Assembly (NCBI RefSeq): GCF_009914755.1
Contig: NC_060925.1
Origin: the human T2T-CHM13v2.0 reference genome, Homo sapiens
Direction: 5' to 3' (one strand)
DNA: 64,000 nt
The notes below the pieces were generated by a model. That model was given only the letters and a program-made list of their open reading frames with translations, was not told the origin of the DNA and did not search any database. Of this stretch, positions 25,227 through 40,339 are shown in pieces (within the stretch, counting starts at the first letter, position 1; each line of letters starts with the position of its first letter). The position numbers were made by a program, and so were the translations under genes.

Positions 25227-28200
25227 TCCTTCTGCCATTTTACAAATATGAACCTAGCACAGTAGGTCCTCAATGAGAGTCTGTTGAATTACTGAATGAT
25301 TATAATGCTGTTTCTAGTTTCCTCACAGTTCTGATCCCTTTGTCCTAAATACACTCCAATTTGGCTTTATTCTCTCAAAATCAAATGTAGCAAAATCTAT
25401 AGTAAGATTATGATTTATTAAACACCAAATCTATTCCTTTCCAGTCTCTTGAACTATTTCAAATACATGTTGTAAGGCTAAACATGTAACTTTATTGTGT
25501 GTTTGTGTTCTACAAGTGCAGTAGGTGGAGTCAAAAATAGTTAAGTACAACTACTGGGGAAAAATATTTCCTTTTGCCTGTGCTGGGCTTCAAGCACGCA
25601 TATTAATGTTTCCTGGATAGATGTTCTCAGCCCATTCTTCTTTTTGGATGCCCCAAGAAGTCAGGCTGCCTTGATCTCACCCTACAATTTGCTCTATTCT
25701 AATTTTGGAAACTAATTTATCCAACTGAAAATGACACCTAAAAACAGAAGAAGACAGCAGGCTCAGACAGGGTAATTAATGCCACACTGCATTAAGTTTC
25801 TGCAGCTGAGATAAATATTCACACATCTCCTACTTGCCCGAATTTAGCTTCAAATACCCATCACAACAGCAGTAACGACTGCAGTCAACTCTCAATTATC
25901 CCCACTAATGAAGGGGAGCAGTGGTGTGGAAAACCCCCAGCAGCAGATAATCCCAAAGTCTGACACTGTGATGCATTATACGTTTTGGCAATAGCTGTAC
26001 CTTCCTTATTATGGAATCTTAGACTGTCAGACTTAGAGGGGAGCTAAAGAATCATTGGATTCAGAAATTTCCAACCTGGCCTCTGTCAAGGTCATAACGG
26101 GGTCTTTGAGCTATTTTCAAAATTCCAAAAGCCTAAATGGAATCGCACATTAACATAACATGCTGTTGATGTTTTTGTTTGTTTGTTTGTTTTCTTTTGG
26201 CAGATTTGTCCACGTCTCTGCCCTGCTTCAAATCCTTCAGAGGCTCCCCATCACCCACAGGGTAGGTCAAAGCACCTTCGCCGGGCACACAAGGCCCATT
26301 AGTCTCTTAGTCCATTAGAGCTAATAAATACCCCTTCTAGAGCATGAATCAAAACTCTACCTTCAGGTCACGTAAATGATGTTAAAAAAATCTTTCTTTA
26401 TGTCTTTCCAGGATGATCTTTCTGAAATGGATTTGGCCATGCCAGTCTCCTGCCTGAAACAGCCCTCCTGGCTCCTTGTCACTCAAAGGAAAAGGCAAAC
26501 TCCTCAAGACTGCACATAATGCCCACCTTCCCAACCAGCCTCTCCTACTGCCACTCTCTCTCCTACACCCTACCTTCCAAACCCTACTTGGGGTTCACCC
26601 TCACATGCTGGAGTTTTCCCATCTCTGAGACTTCATTCAGGCAGTTCCTTCTGGCTTCGGAGGCTTCTTTGTTCCTAAAGTTCATACTTTAAGACCTAGC
26701 TGAAATATCAAGGCTTCCTGGACTCTGCAGGTGACACGAGCCACTGTGCTCCTGGATGCTTCAGAACCTGTGCAGATCTCTGTCTTCACTCCTACTATGG
26801 CATCTCCTAGCATGTTCTACACTGAGCTCCACTGGGCCTTGCATGTCAGTATCCCGAATTCTGAATGAAGCTTGGAACATGGGAGGTGCATCCACTAACA
26901 ACATGAAGAATGAAGACATGTGTGAGTAAATGAACAGTTCTCTTCTTAGTGGAAGTTGGCAAATAGTTGTGAACTTTAATATGATTCTGACATATTAATA
27001 TCTTTATTTTTAGATAACAGAGTAGATGGAAACCATATGGTAAAACCTAAAGCAAAATCCACCCTCTAACCTTTCTGTAAGTGAAACACCCAATTTTCTC
27101 GAAGGTGCAGTAAAAGAGCTAAAGCACAGGAGACTAAGTCATGCGGGCCTAGCTTAGTGTTCTCCTGCCAATGATCTGCTGCAAAGACCACCAGGGACAC
27201 ATCTGTAGTTGAACATGTTGGGTTATTCCTCAGCGCAGAGGGAGGAGCAATGAGGCATCTCTGAAAGAGGGTGTTAGAAAGAATGTATCACAAGATTTGG
27301 GCTTAAGGTAAGTAATTTTGGGGATGGTCAACAAAGTGGGGTTTTTCTCTGAATTGGATGCTGTCATAATGTGGGGGTAATTCTGTGATTATCCCAACAA
27401 TACTTATCTGGAAGGCAAGAAGAACAGAGCAAGGCTGAAACCAGGCTAGAGAAATGTTTGATCAGTTTTCCAATTTTGACAATGTTCATGTTTTGCCTGT
27501 GTTCAGCCATGATGACCTGGTGGTCTTGATTTTGTCTTGACCTATCATGGTCACTAAGTGGCCTTGCCTTATGCTGATGGTATGTGAAATGTTGATGTTC
27601 AACAGGAGAATGCCAGCACCTTGCTGTGGGGGTGGGCCTGCCCCTGACTGTCAGAGGCTGCTGTTCTTTTTCTTACCATCACACATTTAGCAGCCCTAGG
27701 ATTCTGTGCAGGGTACTTAACGTCTTTGGGTGCCAGTTTCCTCATCTGTAAAATGAGGCTAGAAATACCCTCTGTGAAGGAGAAAACATGTTGATTGTCT
27801 AGCACAGAGTCTGAAACATAGGAGATACTCCAAAAAACATTAGGTCCCTTATGTCTGGGAGTGTGGCTTTATCCTCCCTTTATAGACAATGGTTTTAGGC
27901 CTAATAATCACCTGTGGGTTTCTTTTCAAATGGCCTCTCCTTCATAGCACATAGGTGCAATTGCAGATGAGCTCTCAGTTATTAATAAAAGAATGGTGCT
28001 TGACCAGCCTAGGAAAATTGTGCAGAATGAATGTGGAGTTAATGCAAACAACCTGGCTGCAGGGCCCTGTGGATAACAGAAACTTCCACCGTTTGCAGAC
28101 TACTCCACATGTCCTTTAACTATCTATGAATTATGTGCTCGACTACAGCAGCCAAGTGGACTCACAGAACTGGAGTAATAATGGTATATCTCTACAGAAA

Positions 28201-28376
28201 CTTTTACAGTTTATATACGGTCTTTCCAATGTCACATAGTCTTACTTGAGCTACACACCAGGACTGTGCCTTTAGAGCTCCTGTCTTCATTTTACAGCAA
28301 AGAAACCTGGGCTCCCTGCAGTTGGGTGACCTGTGCAGTTACTCAGCCAGCACACAGCAGAGCTGGGACATACTGC

Positions 28377-28875
28377 TTTTTTTTTTTAATCTTTTTTAGA
28401 TTTTTATTTGTGGTGAAACATAAACAACATAACCTTTGCCATTTTAACCACGTTTAAGTGTACAATTCAGCAGCATTAATTACATTCACAATGTTGTGCA
28501 ACCATCAGCATCATTTCCAGAACTCTTTCATCACCCCAAACAGAAACTCTGTACCCATTAAGCAATTAACTCCCCATTCATTCCCCAAATCCCCAGCCCT
28601 AGTCTAATCTACTTTCCATCTCCACGATTTTACCTAGTCTTGTTTTTAAATCAATTTCAGTGAGGTATAATTTACATACAATGAAATGTACCCATTTTAA
28701 ATGTACAGTTTAATGAACTTGACAAATATATACACCCATGTCAGCTATAGAGCATTTCTTCACCCTAAAGACTTCTCTTGTGCCTTCTCAGTCAACTCCC
28801 TATCTCAGTGCCAGCTCTGATCTGCTTTTGATTGCTATAGACTAGGTTTGTTTTTTCTAGAGTTTCATGTAAACA
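28377..28875 (-). mobile_element. Two adjacent L1MB-like 3' end fragments
   Basis: TTTAAGTGTACAATTCAG...CATTCACAATGTTGTGCAACCATC and GAGGTATAATTTACATACAATGAAATG motifs. Confidence 0.7.
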
Positions 28876-30864
28876 TACTCAGGTCTTTTTAAGCCTACTA
28901 TCCTCTCCACTACCACGTGTTCCCTCTCATAGAAGGTTGAAGCTGGAAGGGCCCTCACACCTACAGCTCCTTTTCCGCATGAAGAAACTGAAGCCCCAGA
29001 CACAAGGGGTACTTTCCCAAAGCTATACAGGAGACAGTGGAGAGCCAGGGAGCAGCTCAGGGTTCAGACTCCCATTTCTGTGCTGGTTTCCTTGCTTTCT
29101 TCTCCCAGCCCCAGCTCTTTGGCATGAAGTATAAGGGCAAATGGTTTCCTATGTCACATTATAACAAGACGCTCTTGGAAGCTACCTAAATTGTGCTGAT
29201 TACTTTCTGCCCATTTAATATTTCTTGTATTTGTTTTTGGAAAGATTGACTACCTTTGACAAAAGTATGTCAAAAGCAATACATCTTACTAGTGGAGCGA
29301 AGACACTGCATGCTGACAAAGGTGATCTCAGATGTGAGGTCGATGGTGCGCCATGCAATCAGCTTGCTGAGTGAGCCTACTTATGCCCCATCCCGGGGGC
29401 CTAGGGTAAGAAAAGTGCCAAGCGAAGCTGAGGATCAGACTAAAGCTGGAAGGTGAGTCAAAGCTTGAGTCCCTCAGCATTACCCTGCCCAGGCAGCAAC
29501 TTCAGCCTCATGGTCTTTTAGCCCTAAAACTTAGGACTAGCTCAGTGGGAGTTTTACATTCCTTGGCTTGACAAATGAAAAAGGTATTGGTAGTCAGAGG
29601 GGAAAAAGGCTAAAATAACTCAAAGTTCTATCTGAATCCATGTGGAGGGTCAGGAAAAATGCATGGGTTTGGGGAGCCAGAAAGACCCCAGAAATCCTCC
29701 TAACTTCCGATATGAACTTAGGCGAGCATCTCACCTATCTGCACCCCAGTTCCTTCATTTGTAAAGTGGAGGGAATAACAACATCTACCTCATGGGACTG
29801 TGACAAGTTACAAGTGAGCTCGTATAACATGAAGTATCTTAAATGCTGGCAGCCTTCTTTTTCTTTATATTCAAACAAAAGGAAAAACAAAGCTTTCTGG
29901 CCACTTTGAGTCTGAAAGTCTGGCTGTTAGGGTAGAAAAGTCTTCTAAACACTGAATGGATTTGATGATAATCCCTTAGGGATTGACACTGCCGAATGCC
30001 CTTGTTCCTGGGGTCTTGGGTGCTGAAATCCGCTTGGTGCATACAGAGATGCACCACCTGAGTTTCGAGGCAACTGTGCATGTTCTGAAGAACATTCTAT
30101 TTCCCCGTCAATAATAACAACAATGATGGGCATCAATGATCTGTTTTGCACATGTACATCATCTTTTTTGGCCTTGTTATATAACAGATGATGACGCTGA
30201 AATTGCTGACACTAATTATCTACCATAAGCAGGAAGGCCTTTTCTGAGTAAGCTCCTGGTTACTGGGAGCAGGTTGCATCTAGGACTGATAGTCTCTGGG
30301 GATCCTAATGAAGTCAGCGTATTTTAGGGATTTCTGTCTTCTCCTTTGTTAGATGGGAATAGAGACAGCCTGAGGGAGAGATGCTGCTGGAAGATCTTAT
30401 TTGGGGATTGGTTCCATGCTGTAGCTGGGTGACTTTGGGCAAGTTAGATGGTCTTAAAATGTCAGAGCTGGAAGGACCTGTGGGAACTGTTTTACAGAAA
30501 AGGAAACCAAAGGTCAGAAATGAAACCATCTGCCTCATATCACACAGCTAAATTGATGTGATGCTATTAAAACCCAGGTGTCCTTCCTGATTCTGTTTGA
30601 GTGTGTTTGAATTACTTAATCTGGGTCTAGATTCAAATCCTGGTGCTATTACATGTGAATCTCAGGATTTTAGCAAGTTGTTAAACTCTCTACCTTGTCT
30701 GCAATATTTGTGAAATGGGAATAATAAAAATACCTGAGTGTTCCTGTGAGGATTAAATTAGGTGATGCTAGTAATTTTAAAATATATCTTATTATTATTA
30801 GTAAGTGAAAGGTATCATGATTACCTTCTGCAGTGGTTCTAGAAACAGTGAGCCTGATCTAATT

Positions 30865-31042
30865 CTGTTAGCCAATTCTGGTAGCTGCCTGTGTTTGTAA
30901 ATAAAGTCTTATTAGAACACAGCTACATTCATTCATTTATGTATCATCTTTTGCTGCTTTCCTGTGACAATGGTAGAGTAGCTGTAATAGAGACAGTATG
31001 GCCCACAAGGCACACATATTTACAGAGAGTTTGGCAACTTCT
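30865..31042. mobile_element. MER58A-like hAT DNA transposon
   Basis: TTTGTAAATAAAGT.TTATT.GAACACAGC...AGAGAC.GTATGGCCCACAA. Confidence 0.7.
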
Positions 31043-33295
31043 GGTTAGATGATCTGTGTATTCTACTTGCACTCACTACTCCAATGGCTGAAACCCATAT
31101 GGAAATCTCCATGTCTAGCCTTGATTTCTCTTTTGATCTCCAGAGGTTGTATCCAGCAGCCTACTGGCATCTCTACTTGGAAGTCTCATGGGCACCTTGA
31201 GTTCAGTTGGTCCCAAAGTAAACTTGTCTTCTTTCTGCTCAAACATGCTGCTTGTGTTCCTTAGCACAGTGACTGGCACCATGTAGATCCCCATGCCAGG
31301 AACCTGGGTGTCATCCTACCTTATGTCCTCTTCCTCACCTCCCATGTCTCTTCGGTCTTAACCTTCTGTTGATTTCAGCTTTTAAACATCTCTTGGCACT
31401 ATGCCTGAGGTCTTGGCTGACACTGCCCTTAGCTAGACCCTGGTCATCTTCTGCCTGATCCAGTGCCATCACTTTCTAGCTACAGGACCTCGACAGGGAG
31501 TCTGTTCATAAAGGTCCAAGGAAGTGGGACACTGTGCCCTCCAAAAACTTAGGTTGGACTTGTCATTGAGTTCTGTGTCCATAAAATAGGTCATTTTCTG
31601 TTGTTTTGTGGTTCTTTATTTTAAGGGTCTGTTGTTTGGTTGTATTTAAAAAGAGAATGGTAATAATAATCCCAAATACATGTACTTTACTTTCAAAGCT
31701 TATAAAACACTTTCATACTTATGATATTATTTGATTCTTGGACAGCTTGGGGAGAGAGCTATTGCAATTATCTGTATTTATCCATATGAAAGGATGTATG
31801 CTTACCTAAGGTGACCTGCTTTGGAAGTAGAAATCAGACCTAAGGCCCCTGACTCTGTGTTTTGTTTCTTCCTTTCTTTCCTTTTCTTCCCTTCCCTCCC
31901 TACCTCCTTTTTTTTCTCTCTCTCTCTTCCTCTCTCACTCTCTTAAGATTCGTCTTCCCAAAGCATCTGAGGTTTCAGCTTTCTTTTCCCTTGAACACTA
32001 GAAATCCATCAGGTAATATGTTATATGTCTTGCATTCCCACCACGAAGATCAGTATTAAAAAATGACAGCAACTTATTATTTATGGCAATATCTATTGTT
32101 ACTAAGGGAGGCAGACCAAACAATTCCCCATTGTTACAGATGCTACTCTGACTTGACAGCTGGGAAAGTCTGATAGGCAGTTTATTTACTTAGCCATTTA
32201 ACCAAATAAATGTTTTCATTTTTCTTTCATCTCCTCAAAAGCTAACATTTCGTCCTCAAAATTGCTCCAGCAACACATCAGTGAAGTATAAATTACCTGC
32301 CATTCCCATACCAGTCATTATAATATTATTTTGGTTCTTTTTTGCCCTTGTTGACCCAGTCTTTCAAAGACACGTGATTCTCCCAGATGGGAGGGTAGGG
32401 GGAAAAAAGTGAAGTAATTGAAGATACTTTCCTTTATTGCTAAAACAGCACTGCTGTTTGAGATTGGCCCTGAAGCTTCCACCTGTGGGGATTGAGTCCG
32501 TCTGTTTCCTCTTACTATGGTGTGATATGGCTTTAGCTTATCAACAGATGTCATCCCTACTTACTCAGAACTGTGCAGGTATTTCTAATAAAAAACAGCT
32601 GGTGATAATGGTTGCAAGGGTGATAAGAGAGACAGGACTCTTGCTTTCCAACCATATGAAAGCAGAGGGGAAAAAATAAAGCCATGGACATAACTTTCCC
32701 TGCATGGTCTCTCTTCTCCAAATGTTTGGAAAGGCACTAAGAAATTGCAGTCAGTAAATTTTCAGTTGGGTGGATGGGGGAATGGGATGGAGATGGAAAG
32801 ATTAAATGTGTCTTGTGCTGCTGTCGATGGAGGGACCCAGAATGGCTCTCCCAGACGTCCCCCATGTGTGTCATAGTGGCTATGTCTGCAAAGCTGGCAT
32901 CTGCCCCTTGGCACTTGAATCTTGATAACTGTGAAGTGGCCAGGCTAAGCTTTCAAAGGGAGAAAATTACTTCACCGAAGATTACAGTCCAGCCCTCCTC
33001 TGGAGCTGGGAGGTACTTATTTTGACTTGCATGTGATTCTAAGACAGCCCATTTTTTGGCAGTGAGCTGTGTGAGGCCCAAACCAGGGCCATTCTGATTA
33101 TGGGGTGGGGCAAGCCAGAGAGCTAAGCAGCAGGCTTTTTTCTTTTTTTCCCTTCCAAAGCTGTTGTGACACATATTGAAAATTAATTATCTGAAGACAA
33201 AGTACAAAGCAAAACCTCCCAACCAATGGCCTTATACATGAAAGCTAAATGTATAAAATCCAAGAGAGTGGGGAGCGTGCATTAATTGGATATAT

Positions 33296-33343
33296 GTGAT
33301 GATGATAATGATGATGATAATGATGATGGTGATGGTGATGATG
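33296..33343. repeat. (TGA)n-type microsatellite
   Basis: Imperfect GAT/AAT/GGT triplet run at a MIR tail. Confidence 0.85.
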
Positions 33344-34421
33344 AGGGTAGCTAGCATCTATTAGGTGCTTTCTATGTGCTATACACAGTGCTAAGAGCTT
33401 CACATATATCACTTTATTTAGTTCACATAATAACCCTATGAGGTGGACACTATTTTTATCCTTATTTTTCAAATGAAGAAAATAAGATAGAGAATAATTA
33501 TAAAATCACAGCAGTGTCACATAGCCAGGAAGTGGTGGAGCCAGATGCTGAACTCAAACAATGTTGTTCCAGAACCTAGATATTTTTTTTAAGCTGAATT
33601 TTAAGCTGATTACTCAGTGTCTGTCTCTGCGCTAGATACTCAACATAAACTATCTCAGTTACCATTATGGAGAATATAAGCCCCTTCTAGCAGATGAAGA
33701 AACCAAGACTCAAATTTTGGTTCTTGCCCAAGATTTCCCACTATTAAGTAGCTGAGTTAGGATTTAAACTCAAGTCCAAATCCTGAGTTCTTCCCACACT
33801 ACTATGCTATGTCCATTTACAGCTCAGCTGTGGCTTGGGGTACTGGACAGAGCATTAAATGTGGAACAGACCAAAGCCCCATGAAACAGTTTGGCTTGTA
33901 GGATTGTCTCAAGCTGAACAGGTTCATAAAGATGAGGGTTTAATACATTGATCTGCAAATGGTGTAAGTCATCTTTGTTTTCTAGAAGAACTTCAATTTT
34001 AGGATGATGTTTGCTGTTATCCTGATGAATGGCTCTTGTCACCTCTAGTTTATTCACCAAATTTTTCAAGGCAAGGTTGAGCACGTGAAATACAACTTAG
34101 GCGGGGGGTAAAATACCTCGTGGGGAATCATCCCAAGGAGTCTGCCTATAGTCCCCAACTTTTCTTTTTCCTGAAACATTGACTTTGCTTTCAATATATC
34201 AACTCCCGAAGTAGCTTTGCAAGAGTGAACTTCTAAGTGAATCGTAGGTGGTTTTGCATGGCATGACATATTATTATGTGCTATTGCACTGATACAAAAT
34301 GTGGCAACCTACACAGTGTGTTAGGTTCTTTAATAAAAATACCTGTTAACAAAATACACTTTCAAAATACCATATTAGCTTTCAGTAACTGTCTAACTTA
34401 CGTGTGGGCTAAGACTAATTC

Positions 34422-34473
34422 TGAGGTAGCCTCAGAATCCATTTATGAGGTAGCCTCCGAATCCATTTATGAG
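34422..34473. repeat. 24-bp tandem duplication
   Basis: TGAGGTAGCCTC(A/C)GAATCCATTTA twice, plus TGAG. Confidence 0.9.
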
Positions 34474-35335
34474 TGGAGAAAACTGTTTACCATTTTAATG
34501 GTTTTGACCATGCTGTTCAGAACTTAAAAAAGGAGCCTTTTGGGAATGGCCTTGCAGTCCTGTGTGTTTATAGAAAACTAAGAAGGTATCTGAAAATTGA
34601 ACATGTTTGTCAAGAAGTGACCTTAGAAATCATGTCTGGGTAACAAGGTGTACTTCTGTCTCCTAAGAAGGTTTGCTTCATCAGCTCCTCTTTCTTTCGA
34701 TCAAATCAGATGTATTGAAATTCAAGTGCCAAAAGCCACTTCTAGTAAATGTAAGTACATCTCTCTCAAAGTAGCTGCTGATGGAATCTGAAGTGATTTG
34801 GTGGCAATCCACATGCTGCAGCACAGGTGCAAACAGCACAGCCTCAGAAGTGAGTGCTACACATCTCTGGGCTTTGAATTTCACATCAGAAAGGATGCAG
34901 GGTGCAGGGTCCTTTCTGGCTAGACGAAAAGGGCTTCCTCTGATCTTACATCTCGATCAATCTTATTTCAAGCACTGCTTGTTTTTGCTTCTTAGTCTGG
35001 CTTCTCTGTGTGTTTGATTGGTGACCTCTTTAGATCTGCAGACTGTAGGCAAATGCAGTGACATTTTGCTTAAAAGATTAAAGCATCTGGACCATGGCTC
35101 ACTGAGAAATTATCAGGGTGGGCAGAATGTGTCCATCTCAAAATGTTGATGCTTCCAGAAACTAAATGCATGCTAAGTAGCATGGACCATGCCTCATTCT
35201 ATCACCACCAACCACGCAGAACATATTATTAATAAAATAATATGATCAGTTCCCACTTCTCACCCCTACCCCTACCTCCCAGGATATGTCAAAGGTCATG
35301 CATCCATGAGAAAAGGCAAAGTAGAACGTAGACAC

Positions 35336-35492
35336 CAGGCAAAGGGACATGGTGCAGACACTGGTGATATAGCTCAGGCAAGAAGAAATAGTGCAAACAT
35401 CAGGAATACAGTTCAGGGAAGGAGCGATGGTGCAAACATCAGCAATACAGCTCAGGCAAGGAGACATGGTGCAAACATTGAGGATGTGGCTT
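35336..35492. repeat. Degenerate 39-bp minisatellite, 4 copies
   Basis: Units start at 35336, 35375, 35414, 35453; consensus about CAGGCAAGGAGACATGGTGCAAACATCAGGAATACAGCT. Confidence 0.9.
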
Positions 35493-35580
35493 CAGAAGTG
35501 AAGAACAACCAAAAGGGAAAGCAGATAGCTTAAGGGTAAAGGAGATAAAAAGGACAGATACCTACCCAGACCTGCGCTAT

Positions 35581-35676
<96 letters not shown>

Positions 35677-35976
35677 CTAGAACACAAGAAGATAATACTT
35701 TTTTTTTTCTCTCTTTTCAAGCATTGAAAATATAAGACACCTGGATATACTTTCATGCAGCACAATCAGTTATTGTAAAGGAGGGTGCAACGGCATTTAG
35801 AGGATGCTACACCACAAATGTGGACTTGTAGTAACAATTTAATAAAAAGGCAGTCCTTTTCAGCTGACTCATTTGAACACAAAAGAAAGCCCCTTTAGCA
35901 ACCCCTTGAGAACTTATGAGATTGAGCCAGCATTCTTTTCTATGTAGGCTTCCTCATGCATTATCCATTTCAGTTA

Positions 35977-36348
<372 letters not shown>

Positions 36349-36382
36349 TCAGGAAGGAGCTCGTCCACACTGATAGGTAAGG

Positions 36383-36549
36383 CAGTGGTTCTCAAAGGAT
36401 GGTCCTTGGACAAGCAGCAGCAGTAGCATCTGGGAATTTGTTAGAAATGAAATTTTCTGACCCTACCCCAGATCTACTGAATCACAGACTCTGTGTTTGA
36501 ACAACCTGCTACAGGTTATTCTGATGCATGATCAAGCTGAGAACTACTG
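36383..36549. mobile_element. MER5A
   Basis: TIRs CAGTGGTTCTCA...TGAGAACTACTG. Confidence 0.8.
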
Positions 36550-37852
36550 GGCTATGGTTTGCTTTCTTCTTTCTGTGTTTCATCAGAGGGCACGTTATTG
36601 AGCGCCTTTCATGTGTCAAACACTGTTAGAAACTTTACAGACAATATCTCTAATCCTCATAAAACATCTTTGAGGTAGAGGTTATCCTAATTTGACAGGT
36701 AAGGAAAGTGAAGTTTGCTAATTTGCTCATGGCAACTGGTAGAACCAGATTCTGAATCCTGGCACATAGGAGGTATTCAATAAACACATGTTGAATAAAG
36801 AGAAAGTGTCTCAGTGATCTGGGAAAATGGATGTAGCTGATGGCAACTTCACAGCTGGTACTTGATTCTATAAGGACAAAGGATACGCATTTTCTGGGCT
36901 GACCCACCCACATCTCCTCTCATTTGTTTTAGAGGTTTAGAACAAATATGCCATTTGATACCACTCTTCTTTTAATAAATTCTAATTTGTCACTGAAAAT
37001 ACTGGTTACTGGCTAAGACCCAAGTGAGAGGGTGGCATGACTTCATTTAGCAGCTGAATTTTCCTAATGTTATAGAACTTAGAAATCAGACAGTGAATGA
37101 TTGTAAAACTTAGTGCATACTTTTTACTCTGATGAATCTATATATAGAAAGATGATGCTATTTCCTAACTTATTATTTATAATGTGCCAATGAGTTGGAC
37201 ACTGTGCTAGGCACTTCCCATTCATTATACACCTTAATATAAATACCTGCAAGTTGTTATCATAACTTTTTTGTTTCCCAGATGGAGAAATTGCAGCTCA
37301 GGGAGGTGAGGTGTCTTGCGAAGGGTTAACACAGCTATGAAATAGCAGCACTGGCATTTAACAGAGCTCTGTCTGACACTATCCAGTCCAACTGTGCTTT
37401 TCTGTTTCTATTTGAGGTTCACTTTTGATCCAACCAATCCTCTTCCCAAAACATTCTTAAGGGGATACTGATGGGTCAGAGGATATAAAGACTGGTTCTA
37501 ATTTTGTTCAAAATAAAACAGCAAGTTTTTGGAAAAAAATTTGCAATGAAATCTGTTTTGTTTCAGGAGATGACTATGGAACAAACTGTATTGAAAGTGG
37601 GTTTAAAGCTATATGCAAACACCCTGAAGGGTAGTAGATGTTTAATAAATATTAGCTTAATTAGATCCTGAATTGTATTTGAAGTGGATTTTTGCTTACT
37701 AAAGGTTGAGAACACAAGCTGAGTTGCCAGTTCTGGCAGGTATACTGCTCAGACTTACCTAATGAAATCAATGGAAAGCATAAGCAGGAGTTTATTTATG
37801 CAGGTGTCTTAATCTTTAGAAGGCTTTATAGGATGCTGCTAATACTCTAAAG

Positions 37853-38066
37853 CAGTGGTTCTCAGTCTGGGGCAATTTCATCCCTGGGGTACATTTGGCA
37901 ATGCTTGGAGTCATTTTTCTCGACACTAGAGGAAGGGGATATACGTTTCTCTCATAGAGTGATTAGAGGCCAGCGTTGCTGCTAAACATCCTACAATGGG
38001 ACAGCCTCTGAAACAAAGAATTATCTGGCCCAACATGTCCATAGTGCCGAGGTTGCCAACGATGCT
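37853..38066. mobile_element. MER20
   Basis: CAGTGGTTCTCA...CATTTGGCAATG...TGCTGCTAAACATCCTACAATG...AAAGAATTATCTGGCCCAA. Confidence 0.8.
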
Positions 38067-39745
38067 CTGAAACATAACAGTAGCTAAGTCATCTCCATTT
38101 TGTTTATTTCATTCTCTATAACCTTTCCCAAATGCCTCTCATGTCCCAGGCACTAAGCTAGCATTATGAGAAGTGTAGGAATGATGGAGCCAGTTCCTGC
38201 CCTCAAAGAACTTAAACTCTCCTCTTTCATTTGTAGCTGGCACACAAGTCCATTGAAAGAGAGATGTTTGTTTTTAAAAAGATGCTTGCTTATTTATGCA
38301 TGGCTGTCATTTCTTTAACATTTCATTTTTTATTCATTATTCCTCATTGAAACCCTGTGAGTCTGCATAAATAGAGATGCTGCCACTATGTAGATCATAT
38401 GGCCTGAGTGCAAGTGGGTTGTTTATACACGTTAAGGGCATTCATTTTCAGAATAGCATTCTGAACCTGGCTGAAATGGCACAATCTAATTGTATTAACA
38501 TTAGGGGTGTTTTTTTTTGACAGTTCACAGTATTGGCCATGCAGTGATCCATATCACCTGTGACAGTAATGAAACCGCCAAACTCACTGCAGCATGAGCC
38601 TTTTCTTTCCTCTTATCAGGTGTCAAGGCACAGGCTGAGTCATCAGAACACCTTCCCTGAATTGTGTCAAACAAGTGTACATGTGCTCAAGTGTATCTGG
38701 ATTCTGATTTGGCTGCACAGTCACTGTTTTCCAGATGTTTGCAGAAGAAATATGAGCTGGAGGAGACTCACTGAAAGCTGGAACTAGAAGGATGCACACT
38801 GCTCATCCAAGCCAATTCACTTATTTTACCAATGATAAAACTGAGTCTCAGAGAAGTCATACGCTTGCCCAAAGACACAGCTTGTGGTGGAGGAGTCAAC
38901 ACCAGAACTCTGGTCCAGGACTGCAAAAAAACACTTAACATGTGCTAATAATGAGGATAAAAGATACTTCAAATTCTGGGAGTTCTATAATGTTTGAGCA
39001 CATATACCATTGAATCCTTTTAATAACCCATCGCTTACACAGATGAGGAAACCAAGGCTCATAGAAATAAAGTGCTTTGCCAAAAGGCACAAAACTGGTC
39101 AGTAATAAATCTGATCTCCAGGTTCCCAGTCCAGAACTTTCTGCAGCACTATCTTTTTGTTCCCTTTAACTACCAGAAGCTTTAACCCAAAATGAGGCTT
39201 CAACTATAAAAGCTATTTAAGACCTTATGGCTGCGTATCTCTGCCCTAAGTTTTCTCTTGATCCTTATTTTATATTCTAATGTTTAAAACTTGTTCCCCA
39301 AATTTTTAAAGTTTGCATTCATTTTATTTCAATAAGCCACGCCAAAATCTGTGTGTCATAAGCTATCTATACGTAAATAAATGAACGAATGAATGAGCAA
39401 ACAAACAAAATCTTAAGAGGCAGAGTAACATGGTGGAAAAATACCAGGCTTACATTCAATTCAATACCACTTTGTCTATTGTCTTCATCTTTGAGCCTCA
39501 CTTTCATTATCTGTCAAACAGGTCTAACAAAATTTATCATTAAGCATTATTATAAGTCTAAAAATAAACATGGAACATATGAAGAAGGTTTGTATGTTAT
39601 CAGTGGTATCTAAATTGGCAGCTCATAGTAGTATTAGTAGTAATAATAATATAAACAAAGAAGCCTGATTAATGCAAGTGAGATGAGTTATTTGACTCCA
39701 GAAACCCCGCCTCCAGACATGAGTTACGGCTCTCATTGGGTTTTA

Positions 39746-40339
<594 letters not shown>

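Noticed and set aside
27200-27680. Possible old LTR fragment
   Set aside because: LTR-like composition, but I could not fix termini, TSD or family by eye.
34422-34453. let-7-like miRNA gene (TGAGGTAG)
   Set aside because: Only 8 nt match let-7 and the stem is 9 bp, not a pre-miRNA hairpin.
35336-35492. CRISPR-like appearance of the 39-bp periodic repeat
   Set aside because: Eukaryotic intron, no unique spacers, no cas genes; it is a minisatellite.
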